Assembly (NCBI GenBank): GCA_964016885.1
Contig: OZ024740.1
Span: forward strand, 168,020,001 to 168,084,000
DNA from: Eledone cirrhosa
Lineage: Eukaryota
Direction: 5' to 3'
DNA length: 64,000 bases
Positions 63,076 through 64,000 of this stretch are shown here, piece by piece. Within the stretch, counting starts at the first letter, position 1. Each line of letters begins with the position of its first letter. A model generated the notes under the pieces. That model saw only the letters and a list, made by a program, of their open reading frames with translations, did no database searches and was not told the origin of the DNA. A program made the translations under genes and the position numbers.

Positions 63076-63453
63076 ATTAATTAATTAATTATAACCATAT
63101 TAGGTATGAATTACTTCAATACTATTGCCAATATTAAATAATATACTTTTGTGCGACGTTCGAAGCACTCAATGCTGTTACGAGGTCCTTTTTACTTTCT
63201 TTACCTTTTATATTTTTTATCTTTTATTATTTATCCTTCACCCTTTAAATTTACACCTACTGTTACTCCGTCCCAGAAGAGGGTGAGGTAATGTAAATTT
63301 GCGTAAGTTTCCACTCAGTGGGATCGAAACAGCGACCTTATAATTGCGATTTGAACCTCTTTACCATTCGGCCATGCCGTTTCCACATGCATACAGGATT
63401 ACAACAGAAGAAGCACTAGTATAAAACCTGAACCAACAAACCAAACACTACAA

Positions 63454-63620
63454 CAGGCGTGGGCAACCTTTTTCGAGCAGTGGGCGGCATAGGATGTGGA
63501 TTATCATATGGCGGGTCGCACTACAAAAAGATTCAAGGCAATTTTAAAATTAGGTGAGCCATTCAGAAATCCAAACAGGCCACATGCAGCTCGCGGGTCC
63601 CAGTTTATCCATGACTTCCC
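63454..63620. mobile_element. Possible hAT-type MITE
   Basis: Starts CAGGCGTGGGCAAC; ends with a degenerate GGCCACATGCAGCTCGCGGGTCCCAGTTTATCCATG subterminal pattern. No TSD confirmed. Confidence 0.4.
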
Positions 63621-63740
63621 TACAATAATCCCAAAATAGTATAATGTACTGACAAAATCCTCCATCGCCAAATATACAACGCTGTTCAGATTCCTGGAAT
63701 ACAGACGTGTAACTGGATGATGATGATTATCATCGTGATG

Positions 63741-63777
<37 letters not shown>

Positions 63778-64000
63778 GGAAGAGGAACTAAATCACTTTT
63801 GACTTTCTAACTAAGAAGTAACATCAAAAGTTACCGAAATAAACTGTCGTTGCCATAATTTCCTACCGTTCTATTTATGTTGTTTTTATCGATTTTACTG
63901 TCAATAAGTTGGAGAAACTTTCCGTTTCCTCTATCCGCTGTGTCGCTATATATATATGCACATTAGTGTCTCTATATTTTTGTCTGTGTCTGTATATGCA

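Overview
AT-rich, microsatellite-dense animal genomic DNA. The tRNA-SINE family and repeat style suggest a cephalopod mollusc such as Octopus (inference only). No host gene can be supported; the window is mostly a retroelement landscape split between two microsatellite niches. (1) (AAT)n/(ATT)n tracts hold two long stacks (17.7-38.5 kb and 49.8-61.8 kb). Both contain minus-strand Tx1/L1-clade LINEs (ORF1 with CCHC knuckle; APE-RT ORF2) and tRNA-SINEs with (ATT)n tails. The first also contains plus-strand R4/Dong-like RT-RLE LINEs. (2) (TA)n tracts hold Penelope-like (PLE) remnants: one decayed RT+GIY-YIG copy, one GIY-YIG C-terminal fragment, and about a dozen fold-back or direct-repeat elements with minimal hammerhead ribozyme (HHR) motifs. 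The most striking signal is that all three Tx1 copies retaining ORF1 have a G|GTAAGT splice donor at the ORF1 stop, and all four intact 3' UTRs have an AG-free pyrimidine tract plus CAG just before AATAAA. This suggests ORF2 is removable as a single intron, giving an ORF1-only mRNA. Other leads are HHR covariation, a shared long stem-II insert, ORF1/5'UTR swapping, a recurrent Dong breakpoint, and a Pol III tRNA-like unit beside a fold-back. Coordinates were read by eye and may be off by a few bases.
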